Counted from the first letter of the stretch, positions 20,457 to 30,326 are shown. The stretch is 64,000 bases of DNA from an uncultured Pseudomonadales bacterium (GCA_905478995.1 CAJQKT010000038.1:5935-69934), one strand, 5' to 3'. The notes: generated by a model not told the origin, from the sequence alone. Numbers and translations are program-made.

Positions 20457-21045
20457 CACCCAGAAAAAAACCGACGCATTACAAGTTGATGCTATTAATC
20501 AGGTATTTTCGCTTTTTAGAATCAACTACCACAATCAGTTTTATGCGGCCTATTCTGATAGTGACACGCTCAACCAAGCCAAGCGATTATGGCTACAATC
20601 ACTCGCGCCCTTTGATGCACAAACCATCTTAAAGGCAGCTAAAACAGTCATTGAAGACTCAGAATATTTACCTACCCTACATCGGTTTTTAGGCTTTTGT
20701 GACCAATTTGCCTTCGCACTACCCACCGTGCGCGATGCTTTTTTGGAAGCCTGTACGGCGCGCGCGCCCTATGAAAATAACAATTGGTCGCACAACTTGG
20801 CTTATCACGCGGGCAAAGCGGCCGGATGGAGTTTTTTGCGCGGACAACCTGAGGCAAAAACCTTCAGCGTTTTTTCTGGACACTACGATCGCCTGGCCAG
20901 GCAGCTACGTGAGGGGCAAGCACTGGCACTGCCGCCCACTAGATCGGAGCAAGCGGCAGAAACCACACCGCCTTCGGAGCCGCTAAACCAACAAGAAAAA
21001 ATTAAAAGGCTAGCAAAACTGCGCGAGCAACTGGCATTAGATTAA
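20362..21045 (+). CDS. Lambda replication protein P-like protein (candidate helicase loader)
   Basis: It is collinear with remembered lambda P: INQVFSLF / INGVFSQL, KRLWLQSL / RRQWVLAF, YLPTLHRFLGFC / FLPSPGQFVAWC, LPTVRDAFLEAC / LPNVSELVDMVYEYC, and C-terminal PLNQQEKIKRLAKLREQLAL / PLNRAQALAKIAEIKAKFGL. It has no Walker A. All in-frame ATGs (20362, 20368, 20377) overlap the upstream gene by 80-95 nt. Confidence 0.65.
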   Translation: MLMENMDKLTKNAAREIAHSSKISPTEAGQTNTQKKTDALQVDAINQVFSLFRINYHNQFYAAYSDSDTLNQAKRLWLQSLAPFDAQTILKAAKTVIEDSEYLPTLHRFLGFCDQFAFALPTVRDAFLEACTARAPYENNNWSHNLAYHAGKAAGWSFLRGQPEAKTFSVFSGHYDRLARQLREGQALALPPTRSEQAAETTPPSEPLNQQEKIKRLAKLREQLALD

Positions 21046-21063
21046 GAGCCAAAATCTAAATCA

Positions 21064-21636
21064 TTGGCCAGCGTGCATAAAAGCTCAATGCTAATTGGCC
21101 AAAAAAATCGCTCAGGCATTTTTACTCTAATCCCAAAATTCGGGACGCAAAAATTCGGAGGCTCTATCAGCGAACTAGACAAACTCTGGGATCACCCCGA
21201 CCCTCATATTATGCGCACCCAAGTAGCGCCCGAAGATATTGACGGGCTCAACCACACCAACAACGCCGTTTATGTAAACTGGTGCCAGCAGCTGGCGTGG
21301 GCGCACTCCAACGCCTTAGGACTAGACCTAATCAGCTACCAGTCGCTTGATCGAGCGATGGCAATCATTCACAGCGAGTTCCACTACCTGCAAGCCTCCG
21401 TCGAGGGCGATAAAATCGTCGCCGCCACTTGGATTACCAGCTGGGACCGAAAACTCACCATGCATCGCGAATTCCAGGTGATTCGCCCTAGTGACGGCAT
21501 AACTTTGCTACGAGCAGCCATGCGCTTTGCCTGTATAGAATTGAGCAGCGGTAAGCCCAGAAGAATGCCGCGCGAGTTTATCGAGGGATACGAACCGGCC
21601 GTTCTGAGCAAAGACCCGACCCATCATTCAAGATAA
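21064..21636 (+). CDS. Hotdog-fold acyl-CoA thioesterase (4HBT family). The start is uncertain: 21064 is TTG, and ATGs lie at 21088 and 21211.
   Basis: It has V.PEDIDGLNH.NNAVYVNW, typical of 4HBT/YbgC-like thioesterases, and the core is about 140 aa. Confidence 0.65.
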   Translation: MASVHKSSMLIGQKNRSGIFTLIPKFGTQKFGGSISELDKLWDHPDPHIMRTQVAPEDIDGLNHTNNAVYVNWCQQLAWAHSNALGLDLISYQSLDRAMAIIHSEFHYLQASVEGDKIVAATWITSWDRKLTMHREFQVIRPSDGITLLRAAMRFACIELSSGKPRRMPREFIEGYEPAVLSKDPTHHSR

Positions 21637-21804
21637 GCAGCACCAAAACGAACACAAGCGAGGCATTGGGGCCTCTATGTTAGATAGACCTGCTCTCAGC
21701 AAGCATGCCCGGGGGATTGCCGCACATAGACAGCTATTGGGTTATAAAACACAGTGGCAGAGGAACGTTAAAAAAGTGCTTTAGACAGCCTTAAATTGAC
21801 CTGA

Positions 21805-23496
21805 TTATTCGCGTGGCGACGAGCCGTGATAATCGCCATGGGCAAGGTTTTCAAAGCGAGTATATTGACCAATAAACGCAAGTCTCGATGTGCCAATTGG
21901 GCCATTACGCTGCTTACCAATAATAATCTCAGCAGTGCCCTTATCGTCGGATTCTTCGTTGTAAACTTCATCACGGTAAATAAACATAATGAGATCTGCG
22001 TCTTGCTCGATGGCACCTGACTCTCGCAGATCGGACATGACCGGCCGTTTATTTGGGCGCTGCTCTAAGCTTCGATTAAGCTGTGAGAGTGCCACCATCG
22101 GGCAATCAAATTCTTTGGCAATACTTTTAAGGTTGCGCGAAATCTCACTGATTTCCTGTGTTCGCCCCTCGTTGCTACCTGCCACTTGCATCAACTGCAG
22201 GTAATCGATCATGATCATACCGATACTGCCGTGCTCGCGCGCTACCCGGCGAGCACGAGATCGCACTTCAGTGGGGGTCAGGGCAGGCGTGTCATCGATT
22301 AGCAAGGGGCGATTTTTAAGTTGCTGCATAGCCGCACTAAGCTTGGTCCAATCTTCATCTTCGAGCTGACCGTTACGCACGCGCGTTTGATCAATTCTGC
22401 CAACCGAGGAAAGCAGGCGCATCATCAATGAACCCGCAGGCATTTCCATACTGAACACCAGCACGGGTTTTTCCGTATGCAATACCGCATTCTCAACCAA
22501 ATTCATCGCAAACGAGGTTTTACCCATTGATGGTCGACCCGCCACAATCACTAAGTCTGCCGGCTGCAAGCCCGAGGTTTTAGCATCAAGGTCAGCGAAT
22601 CCAGTAGAGAGGCCGGTAATTGCGCCTTTTTTGTTAAACAACTCATCAATTTTATTGAGGGCGTCTTTCATTAAGGCATTAACAGCGATAGGCCCGCCTT
22701 GCTTAGGACTGTTTTCACCCACCTGCATAATCAATCGCTCAGCGCTATCAAGCACCTCAGTCGCATCGCGACCCTCAGGGCTAAACGCGGTGTTTTGAAT
22801 ATGCGTGGCTGTAGTAATAATACGGCGCAAGGTTGCACGATCGTGAACGATACTCGCATAAGAGCGAATATTAGCCGCCGAAGGCGTATTTTTCACTAAC
22901 TCAACGAGGTAGCTCAGGCCGCCTGCAGCGTCGAGTAAATCTCTCTTTTCAAGCGCCCCTGACAACGTCACAACATCAAGCGGCTCGGCTGCATCGGACA
23001 AACGCGCCAACTCAGCAAAAATATGCGTATGTTTTTGAAAATAGAAATCCTGCGACGTCACCATATCGGCTATAGCATCCCAAGCCTCATGCGATAACAT
23101 CAGACCACCGAGCAATGATCGCTCGGCCTGCGCAGAATGCGGTAAAGTTTTTAAACTGCCAACATCATTCGCATAACTTGGCGATGTAGCTGGAGATTGC
23201 GCAGCGGCATCAAGGCCCGAAGGCAAGGCGGCGCTAAGGTCATCCTGCCCACCATAGCCTGCCTCATCATAGAAAGCTCCAGCATCGGGAGCCTCAGTAT
23301 CAAAATCAAGCATTGAACTGCTAAGCATGTTCGAGTCGCTGAATTCAGCGGTGCCAGCGTCGCCTTCGCTAGACATACCGAATATCGAATCATCGCGCAC
23401 AGCATCAGATGCATTGCCAGCACCAGACTGGGTACTTGCAGACAGTTCTTTGGAGTTATCGGTATCAGACACGTTTTTAGCAGCCGTTGTGTACAA
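21805..23496 (-). CDS. dnaB: Replicative DNA helicase DnaB with an acidic low-complexity N-terminal extension. The start is uncertain: 23496 is TTG, and the first ATG is codon 41.
   Basis: It has LKTLPHSAQAERSLLGGLML (canonical LKVPPHSIEAEQSVLGGLML), Walker A GRPSMGKTSFA, IMIDYLQLM and GKQRNGP.G. Confidence 0.95.
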   Translation of the reverse strand: MYTTAAKNVSDTDNSKELSASTQSGAGNASDAVRDDSIFGMSSEGDAGTAEFSDSNMLSSSMLDFDTEAPDAGAFYDEAGYGGQDDLSAALPSGLDAAAQSPATSPSYANDVGSLKTLPHSAQAERSLLGGLMLSHEAWDAIADMVTSQDFYFQKHTHIFAELARLSDAAEPLDVVTLSGALEKRDLLDAAGGLSYLVELVKNTPSAANIRSYASIVHDRATLRRIITTATHIQNTAFSPEGRDATEVLDSAERLIMQVGENSPKQGGPIAVNALMKDALNKIDELFNKKGAITGLSTGFADLDAKTSGLQPADLVIVAGRPSMGKTSFAMNLVENAVLHTEKPVLVFSMEMPAGSLMMRLLSSVGRIDQTRVRNGQLEDEDWTKLSAAMQQLKNRPLLIDDTPALTPTEVRSRARRVAREHGSIGMIMIDYLQLMQVAGSNEGRTQEISEISRNLKSIAKEFDCPMVALSQLNRSLEQRPNKRPVMSDLRESGAIEQDADLIMFIYRDEVYNEESDDKGTAEIIIGKQRNGPIGTSRLAFIGQYTRFENLAHGDYHGSSPRE

Positions 23497-23737
23497 CTAT
23501 TTAATCAGCGAAATATACTTGTCGGGTCGTCGCCATACTTGGCTCCATAACCGAACCGCTATGATAGCCCACAATGGCCTTCTGAAATGAAAATGCGCAG
23601 GCTACAGCAAAATAATTGCGCTGCGTTCTAGCAAGCGGCCGAACTCAAAACCCAGCGCCTCATTAATTATTATTCAATGGCTCGCGAAACGAGCCATAAG
23701 CACCAATCCCTTAAACCTCAACTAAAAAGCTGGCTGA

Positions 23738-24187
23738 TTAAGCTTCAGCTTCTACAACCACTTGAACAGTGATTGAAAGGTCGCTGTGTAAACGCAAAGA
23801 CACGTCATAAGTGCCCACTTCGCGAATCACACCCATGGGTAGAGTCACTTCAGATTTTTTCACAGCATGCCCTTTGGCACTCACCGCATCAGCAATATCA
23901 CGAGTACCGATAGAGCCAAACAATTTGCCCTCTTCGCCAGCGTTAGCTTCAATGGTCACTGAAAAGTCTACCAGTTGCTCAGCACGCTGCTGCGCTTCAG
24001 CGAACAACGCGTCAGCCGCCGCCTGCAATTCAACTCGGCGCTCCTCAAAGTTAGCAACATTATTGGCCGTAGCTGGGAGTGCCTTGCCATACGGTATCAA
24101 AAAATTACGCCCAAAACCGGCCTTCACATTGACCTTATCGCCAAGCTCACCCAGTTTGGCCACTTTCTCTAATAAAATAACTTCCAT
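23738..24187 (-). CDS. rplI: 50S ribosomal protein L9
   Basis: It has [27 protein letters not shown]. Confidence 0.97.
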   Translation of the reverse strand: MEVILLEKVAKLGELGDKVNVKAGFGRNFLIPYGKALPATANNVANFEERRVELQAAADALFAEAQQRAEQLVDFSVTIEANAGEEGKLFGSIGTRDIADAVSAKGHAVKKSEVTLPMGVIREVGTYDVSLRLHSDLSITVQVVVEAEA

Positions 24188-24302
24188 CTCACATTCCTCA
24201 ACAAAATATTAATTTCTGCAGCGTCGAAGCCAAACGATGACAACTACCAACTTCCTACCGCTGCTAATTCGCAGCCAATCATTAATTAGCGCCCTAGTGG
24301 GC

Positions 24303-25178
24303 CTAATCCCGATTCTTTTGCCCAACACGCGAGCGAAAATCTAATGCGCTATCGGCAACGGCCACCGCGGCTAATAGTGCCACCAGCGGCCGAAACACAA
24401 ACAATGCCATGTAAAACAACACTAACCAGCGCACAGGCAGCTTACTTTTTGCCACCAGCCCATGAACTAAAGCCATACCGGCCACCAACAAAGGCACAAT
24501 AAACATCCATGACCAAGTACTGTAAGAGTCTTGCGAAGCGACGACAATAAACCCGCCCACCAGAACCAAACCGTGCAACCGATCTAATTTCAATGCATGG
24601 AACTCTTGTTGAAAACCACCGGGGTTATACAACAGAGCCTGCCACCACCGCCCAACCAACAAGCTAAAAATCGTCGTTAAGGCCTGCAATATGGCTAACA
24701 TGCCCATAATCTGCATACCACTCGGGGCATTGATACGATCAAGTACTTCTCGCTCAGTATCACTCGCCGAACTCATCACGCGAGCCTTAAAACCTTGTAA
24801 AACCTGTTCAAAAATCAAACGGATCGTTTCAACGTATTCCGGTGCCAGCAACACAATTAACATGCACCACGTGCCAATAACAAATGGTGTAGCTAACAGA
24901 GCCACCGACCAGCTTTGTGAAACCCGCAAGGCCGCCGCTAAAATAACCGCACAAACTAATGTGGTAAGCGGCCCAATATCTCCCGCAAACATCCAAAACG
25001 CGGCTGGAACAAGCGCTGCCAAAAACACAATGGCTGCACGATTGACCCCGTGCCTCAGCACCATTAATGCAACCGCCGCGGCACCGATCCAAGCCAAAAA
25101 CAAACTTGCCGTAGCCAATGCAGCCACTAAAGCACCTTGCAATGGGCTGCGCATAATAAAGTCGGCGAGTGATTTCAT
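24303..25178 (-). CDS. Polytopic inner-membrane protein (DUF2232-like) inserted between rpsR and rplI
   Basis: It has 7-8 hydrophobic segments and no catalytic motif that I recognise. A membrane protein occupies the same position in Pseudomonas-type rpsF-rpsR-x-rplI-dnaB clusters, as far as I remember. Confidence 0.6.
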   Translation of the reverse strand: MKSLADFIMRSPLQGALVAALATASLFLAWIGAAAVALMVLRHGVNRAAIVFLAALVPAAFWMFAGDIGPLTTLVCAVILAAALRVSQSWSVALLATPFVIGTWCMLIVLLAPEYVETIRLIFEQVLQGFKARVMSSASDTEREVLDRINAPSGMQIMGMLAILQALTTIFSLLVGRWWQALLYNPGGFQQEFHALKLDRLHGLVLVGGFIVVASQDSYSTWSWMFIVPLLVAGMALVHGLVAKSKLPVRWLVLFYMALFVFRPLVALLAAVAVADSALDFRSRVGQKNRD

Positions 25179-25314
25179 AGCTTGCGTCCGAATAAATCGA
25201 CCTGCTTTTCTAGCCTCGAAATAGCAAACCCCGAATCGGCCACATTAGCTGTGAACACCATTTTATAAACAATATCAAATATTTGCGGGGCAAATTCAGC
25301 CCTGCAAACATACT

Positions 25315-25542
25315 CTATTCGTGGCTATCGGTGTAAGGAACCAAAGCCAAAAATCGAGCGCGCTTAATTGCAGTCGCTAACTGGCGCTGATACTTCGCTT
25401 TAGTACCGGTGATTCGGCTAGGCACAATTTTACCTGTTTCCGAAATGTACTCTTTAAGGATATCGAGGTCTTTGTAATCAATGTAGTCGATGCCCTCTGC
25501 GGTGAATTTACAGAACTTACGTCGACGAAAAAAACGAGCCAT
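25315..25542 (-). CDS. rpsR: 30S ribosomal protein S18
   Basis: It has [12 protein letters not shown].........IDYKD...L...[30 protein letters not shown]. Confidence 0.97.
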   Translation of the reverse strand: MARFFRRRKFCKFTAEGIDYIDYKDLDILKEYISETGKIVPSRITGTKAKYQRQLATAIKRARFLALVPYTDSHE

Positions 25543-25652
25543 AATGCTCTCCTACTTACTGGGTATTGCTGTTAACAAACAGCTTAATTTGCTGATTTTT
25601 CAAAAAATTCGCACGTCACATAGCCAAACGGAGCTTAATAAACCCCGAGCCG

Positions 25653-26075
25653 CTAGCTTTTAGCTTCAGCGGCGGCTGGCGCGGCAGCAGCTGGAGCCGC
25701 GTTAGCGTTTGAGTCTGAACGGGCGTCGTAGCGTGCTTTGCGGTCGCGTTGTTCTTGCTCGGACTTCATAATCGGCGATTCAGCAGTTTCAGCAGCATTG
25801 GTGCGTATCACAAGATTACGTAACACTGCATCGTTGTACCGGAAGTTGGTAGTCAATTCGTCGACGGCTTCTTGAGTAGCCTCAACGTTCATTAACACAT
25901 AGTGCGCTTTATGGAGTTTATTGATGGGATACGCGAGCTGGCGTCGACCCCAGTCTTCTAGACGATGCATTTTGCCGCCGTCTTTGGTGATTGCCGCGGT
26001 ATAGCGCTCAATCATGCTGGGTACTTGCTCGCTCTGGTCAGGGTGGACCATGAACACAATTTCGTAGTGTCGCAT
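25653..26075 (-). CDS. rpsF: 30S ribosomal protein S6
   Basis: It has [18 protein letters not shown]......[13 protein letters not shown]...AHYVL.N and an acidic/Ala-rich tail. Confidence 0.97.
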   Translation of the reverse strand: MRHYEIVFMVHPDQSEQVPSMIERYTAAITKDGGKMHRLEDWGRRQLAYPINKLHKAHYVLMNVEATQEAVDELTTNFRYNDAVLRNLVIRTNAAETAESPIMKSEQEQRDRKARYDARSDSNANAAPAAAAPAAAEAKS

Positions 26076-26345
26076 TGCTGCTCCTTACGGGTTAATGCTT
26101 CTCGCCATACTGACATGTGGCCAGCGGGATGAAGCAAGGAGTGAATGCCCGAACTTGGTGTCGGGCAAAAAAGAGGGCGAAGTCTACGAGAATGTTAGCC
26201 CTGAGGCAAGAACTACTGTGATTTGCAGCCAAAATACTGCCTTTTAACCCTGCGAGGTACACCGTAATAAGGCCAAGATCTTGAAATAGCCCTTGGACGG
26301 CCAGGCAGGATCTCTAATCCACCAACCCGGTAAGGTCGAGGCCGG

Positions 26346-27773
26346 TTAGAGATAAGGGGCAAACAGCGCCGCTATTGAATCGCGCAAACGAGTAGCCACA
26401 CCACGGCGGGCCAGAGCCGACAGCGGCAACTCCTGACTGACCGCTACTATCTGGCTAAAATGGTTGCGCAACTCGCGATTAAACGACTCAGAAAATACCT
26501 CCACACCCAACTCAAAGTTCAGTCTAAGGCTGCGCGGATCAAGATTAGCGGAGCCTATTAATGCATAACTTTTATCAATACAGAGCAGCTTGGAATGGCA
26601 AAAAGGCGCCGGCTGATAAAAAATGTTGACGCCAGCTTGCAACAACTCAAGCAAAATATTGCGATTAGCCCAATGAACAATAGGCATGTTATTTTTTTGC
26701 GGCAAAACCACCGTCACTCTAACACCCCTCAGCGCAGCCGATTCTAAGGCGGCAATTAACTCTCGGCTTGGTAAAAAATAGGGCGTCATAATATACACGG
26801 ACTGAGCGGCTGCACTAATGACGGTTTGAATGGTTAACGCCAGCGCATCCAACTCTTCACTTGGCCCATCAGGAATCAAGCGACATGACATATCGCCTTG
26901 CGATGTGACCACCTTACGCCGCAAAGGCGCGCAGGAGTCCCCTGTTGTGAAATTCCAATCGTAATAAAACAGCTGAACCAAATCATCGACAATGGCGCCA
27001 TCAAATGAAAAATGCATATCAGTAACACTACGACGCCTGCTGGCAAGCTCGGTATGATTGTCGCCAATATTCATACCGCCAGCATAAGCAAAGTTATTAT
27101 CAATAATTAAGAGCTTTCGGTGATTGCGCAAATTCACCAGCAGGCTCGGCGGAAAAATGCGCGGTGGTAAAAATCGCGCCACCGGAACGCCGCGCGCTCT
27201 CAACAAAACAGACGCCTTATGAAAGGAATAATACTCACCAATACCGTCTAGCAAAACCTTCACGTCAACCCCTCTATTGACCGCGCGCTCTAACGCATCG
27301 ATAAAGGCGACGCCTGCCGCATCATCCTTGAAAATATAGGTAGACAAAAAAACCGAGCACTGCGCATTATCAACACTTGCTAGCATCGCCGAATAAGCCC
27401 TGCTCCCACTATAAAACGGAACCACTTTATTAGCCGACGTAAGCAAGTGCCCAGAAATTCGCTGGCCAATATTCCGCAAACCTCTGCCATCATTCGGCGA
27501 ATTTACAGCAGCGCGCTGTTCTTCACGAGAGCCACTTTCAACAGCAACGGAAAATAAATTTCGATCAAGCTTTCGCGCGCGAACCCCGACCCGATTAATC
27601 CCAAACAAAAAATAAACTACCGCCCCCACGTACGGCACAAAAACGCACACCATAATCCAACCCAGTGCCGATTGAGCATCCCGCTTAAAAAGTAATATAT
27701 GATAAACCGCAGCGATAGTTGGTGCCGCGTAGACAAGAATCAGCAAATGGGTGTACAGCCAGGCTTCGATCAC
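26346..27773 (-). CDS. cls: Cardiolipin synthase (phospholipase D superfamily)
   Basis: It has two N-terminal TM helices and two HKD motifs (HRKLLIIDNNFAYAGGMNIGD and HSKLLCIDKSYALIGSANLD). Confidence 0.9.
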   Translation of the reverse strand: MIEAWLYTHLLILVYAAPTIAAVYHILLFKRDAQSALGWIMVCVFVPYVGAVVYFLFGINRVGVRARKLDRNLFSVAVESGSREEQRAAVNSPNDGRGLRNIGQRISGHLLTSANKVVPFYSGSRAYSAMLASVDNAQCSVFLSTYIFKDDAAGVAFIDALERAVNRGVDVKVLLDGIGEYYSFHKASVLLRARGVPVARFLPPRIFPPSLLVNLRNHRKLLIIDNNFAYAGGMNIGDNHTELASRRRSVTDMHFSFDGAIVDDLVQLFYYDWNFTTGDSCAPLRRKVVTSQGDMSCRLIPDGPSEELDALALTIQTVISAAAQSVYIMTPYFLPSRELIAALESAALRGVRVTVVLPQKNNMPIVHWANRNILLELLQAGVNIFYQPAPFCHSKLLCIDKSYALIGSANLDPRSLRLNFELGVEVFSESFNRELRNHFSQIVAVSQELPLSALARRGVATRLRDSIAALFAPYL

Positions 27774-27971
27774 GATAGCACTGCTCGCTAATTATTTATT
27801 GAGTGGACATTATGCCACAGCATATCGTATCGTATAGTATCGTATGTCAGTATAAGCAAGAGATTTTAAGCGGGCTTGGGAGCTGCGCAAGCAGGCTTGA
27901 AAAGGTACTCACAACTCAAACAAGACCCAAGCAACACAACCTTAACAAGCACTTTATGCTCCATTAAAACT

Positions 27972-28781
27972 ATGAATATTGAACTTATTTTATTAGCTCT
28001 AAGCCCGGTTTTTCTTCTTTTTGTTGCCGTCGAATTCGCCCGACGCCGACGCCTTTATGATGTTAAAGACAGTCTCACCAACGGCGTACTAGCTTTAATG
28101 CATCAAGGCGCCGACGCAATCGCCTTATTAATTTTAATGCCTGCTTTTTATTGGCTCTACCAGTATCGTATATTCGATATTCAAATAGGCATTGAAAGCG
28201 TACTGCTTGCATTCGTCTTGCAAGATTTCCTGTACTATTGGTTTCATAAAGCCTCGCACCATATCCATTGGATGTGGGCAGCACATGTTGTGCATCACAG
28301 CTCAACGCGACTCAATTTTTCAACCGCGTTTAGGCAGAGCATTACCTACCCTCTTGCCGGCATGTGGTTATTTTGGATGCCTATGATTATTTTAGGGTTC
28401 GATCCAATAACTGTATTTGCCGTAGTGGCACTAAATCTTGCGTACCAATTTTTCGTTCATACGCAAGCAGTCGGCAAGCTTGGCAAACTTGAGCTAATTT
28501 TTAACACACCATCGCACCATCGCGTACATCACTCAATAAACACCCAGTATATCGACAAAAACTTTGGTGGCGTTCTCATTATCTGGGACCGGCTATTTGG
28601 CAGCTTTGTTGACGAGGACCCAAACGATCCCTGTCGTTACGGTATCCGCGGACAAATTCATACTAATAATGTATTAACCATTAGCTTTCATCAATGGAAA
28701 CATATGCTCACTACCGCTTTTCATACTAAGGGCATTAAAAATAAATTGGCCGTATTATTTTCTTACCCAACCTACAAATAA
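27972..28781 (+). CDS. Fatty acid hydroxylase / sterol desaturase family membrane di-iron oxygenase
   Basis: It has histidine boxes HKASHH, HVVHHS and HHRVHH, plus several TM helices. The ATG at 27972 (MNIELILLAL..) is preferred over the track start at 27876. Confidence 0.8.
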   Translation: MNIELILLALSPVFLLFVAVEFARRRRLYDVKDSLTNGVLALMHQGADAIALLILMPAFYWLYQYRIFDIQIGIESVLLAFVLQDFLYYWFHKASHHIHWMWAAHVVHHSSTRLNFSTAFRQSITYPLAGMWLFWMPMIILGFDPITVFAVVALNLAYQFFVHTQAVGKLGKLELIFNTPSHHRVHHSINTQYIDKNFGGVLIIWDRLFGSFVDEDPNDPCRYGIRGQIHTNNVLTISFHQWKHMLTTAFHTKGIKNKLAVLFSYPTYK

Positions 28782-28823
28782 TTACCTAACGCACTCATGA
28801 TCATCTCACTTTACTGACGGTCA

Positions 28824-28851
28824 CAAAAAAAGGAGCCCTAGGCTCCTTTTC
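28824..28851. terminator. Bidirectional rho-independent terminator between convergent genes
   Basis: AAAAAAA-AGGAGCC-cta-GGCTCCT-TTTT, a palindromic GC stem flanked by A- and T-runs. Confidence 0.7.
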
Positions 28852-28865
28852 TTGCTCGGTAAAAA

Positions 28866-30326
28866 CTATTTTTTTAGCTGCATTTTAATTGTACTTTCGG
28901 TGGCCTTTCCGTAGGGCGGTAACATGCCAGCCAACTTGGCTACGTTTAACTTGGATTGCCTATAAATAGATTTAGCATGACTGAAGGTCTTAAAACCTGT
29001 GTGACCATGATAAGCCCCCATGCCACTAGGGCCCACACCACCAAACGGTAACTCCTCTTGCGCGATATGCATAATCACATCGTTGATACAGACGCCGCCT
29101 GAGGTGGTACGCGTCAACACCGCCGTTTCCTCTTCCTGATCTTTGCCAAAGTAGTAAGCCGCTAGCGGCCGAGGATTAGCATTAACAAAATTAATCGTCT
29201 CATCAAACTGCTTATAAGTCTTGATTGGCAACAGCGGCCCAAATAATTCTTCTTGCATCACTTTGGAGTCATCAGCCGGCTCGATAATGAGCGTAGGCGG
29301 TATTTTTCGAGTGCCTTGCTGCTGGGTAAAGTCCTCACCGGCCGGCTGCAGCGCCATCACCTTATTTCCGCGCTCGACAGCTTCATCTAAATAGCCATTG
29401 AGCCGATCAAAATGGCGATCGTTGATCATAGACGTGTAATCGGCATTAGTTAGCATGGAGGGGTACATCTGAGCAACTGCTTGCTCGCACGCAACGATCA
29501 CCTCAGATAGCTTCTCTTCAGGCACTAACAAGTAATCGGGAGCTAAACATATCTGCCCCGCATTGAGCGTTTTACCCATCATGATGCGGCCAATGCTTTT
29601 TTCAATGTCAGCAGTACGCGAAATAATCACCGGCGACTTGCCGCCCAACTCGAGGGTTACCGGCACTAAATTGCGCGCCGCAGCCGCCATAATATGTCGT
29701 GCCACGGAGGTTGCTCCGGTAAACAGCAAGTGATCGAACGCTAAACCTGAAAACGCCTGACCGACCTCGGGGCCACCATCAAAAATGGCCACTTCTTTTT
29801 CATCCCAGGCCTCCTTAACCATTTCAGCCATAACAGCAGAAGTGGCTGGCGTAAACTCAGACGGTTTAATCATGGCACGGTTACCCGCTGCCAAAATATT
29901 GGCCAAAGGCCCCATGGTGAGGTTGACTGGGAAATTCCACGGTGAAATGACGCCCACCACACCGAGTGGCTGATACTCAATGCTAGAACGTCCACCCAGC
30001 AAGTTGAGCGGAAACATAGTAGGACGCTTTTCTGCCTTCATCCAACTGCGCAAGTGCTTCTTCGCATGCTGCATAGGCAAGACCGATGAGGCAACATCAG
30101 TAAGTAGCGAAACTTCGCGAGAGCGGCAGCTAAAATCGGTGTTGAGCGCCTCTACTAGCTTGTCCTGATACTTGAGAGTGACATCAATACCGCGCTCCAG
30201 CCGGTCAATGCGGACTTCTGCGCTCACTGCGCCTTCTTTTAAATAATCCTCGCGTTGCATACTGAGCACCGCATTCATTGGGCCAGCAATATCTTCCTGC
30301 GATTGGATCTGAGCGGGGGCATTCAT
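28866..30326 (-). CDS. NAD(P)-dependent aldehyde dehydrogenase (class-3 / coniferyl-aldehyde dehydrogenase-like)
   Basis: It has ELGGKSP, the catalytic Cys context AGQICLAPDY, EE.FGP and a length of about 480 aa. Confidence 0.85.
   Translation of the reverse strand: MNAPAQIQSQEDIAGPMNAVLSMQREDYLKEGAVSAEVRIDRLERGIDVTLKYQDKLVEALNTDFSCRSREVSLLTDVASSVLPMQHAKKHLRSWMKAEKRPTMFPLNLLGGRSSIEYQPLGVVGVISPWNFPVNLTMGPLANILAAGNRAMIKPSEFTPATSAVMAEMVKEAWDEKEVAIFDGGPEVGQAFSGLAFDHLLFTGATSVARHIMAAAARNLVPVTLELGGKSPVIISRTADIEKSIGRIMMGKTLNAGQICLAPDYLLVPEEKLSEVIVACEQAVAQMYPSMLTNADYTSMINDRHFDRLNGYLDEAVERGNKVMALQPAGEDFTQQQGTRKIPPTLIIEPADDSKVMQEELFGPLLPIKTYKQFDETINFVNANPRPLAAYYFGKDQEEETAVLTRTTSGGVCINDVIMHIAQEELPFGGVGPSGMGAYHGHTGFKTFSHAKSIYRQSKLNVAKLAGMLPPYGKATESTIKMQLKK

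Noticed and set aside
23678-23698. Hairpin ATGGCTCG-cgaaa-CGAGCCAT downstream of rplI as a terminator before dnaB
   Set aside because: No clear T-run follows on the minus strand (TGAATAATAATT). It may be a processing or stability element, or nothing. The support is not enough to call it.
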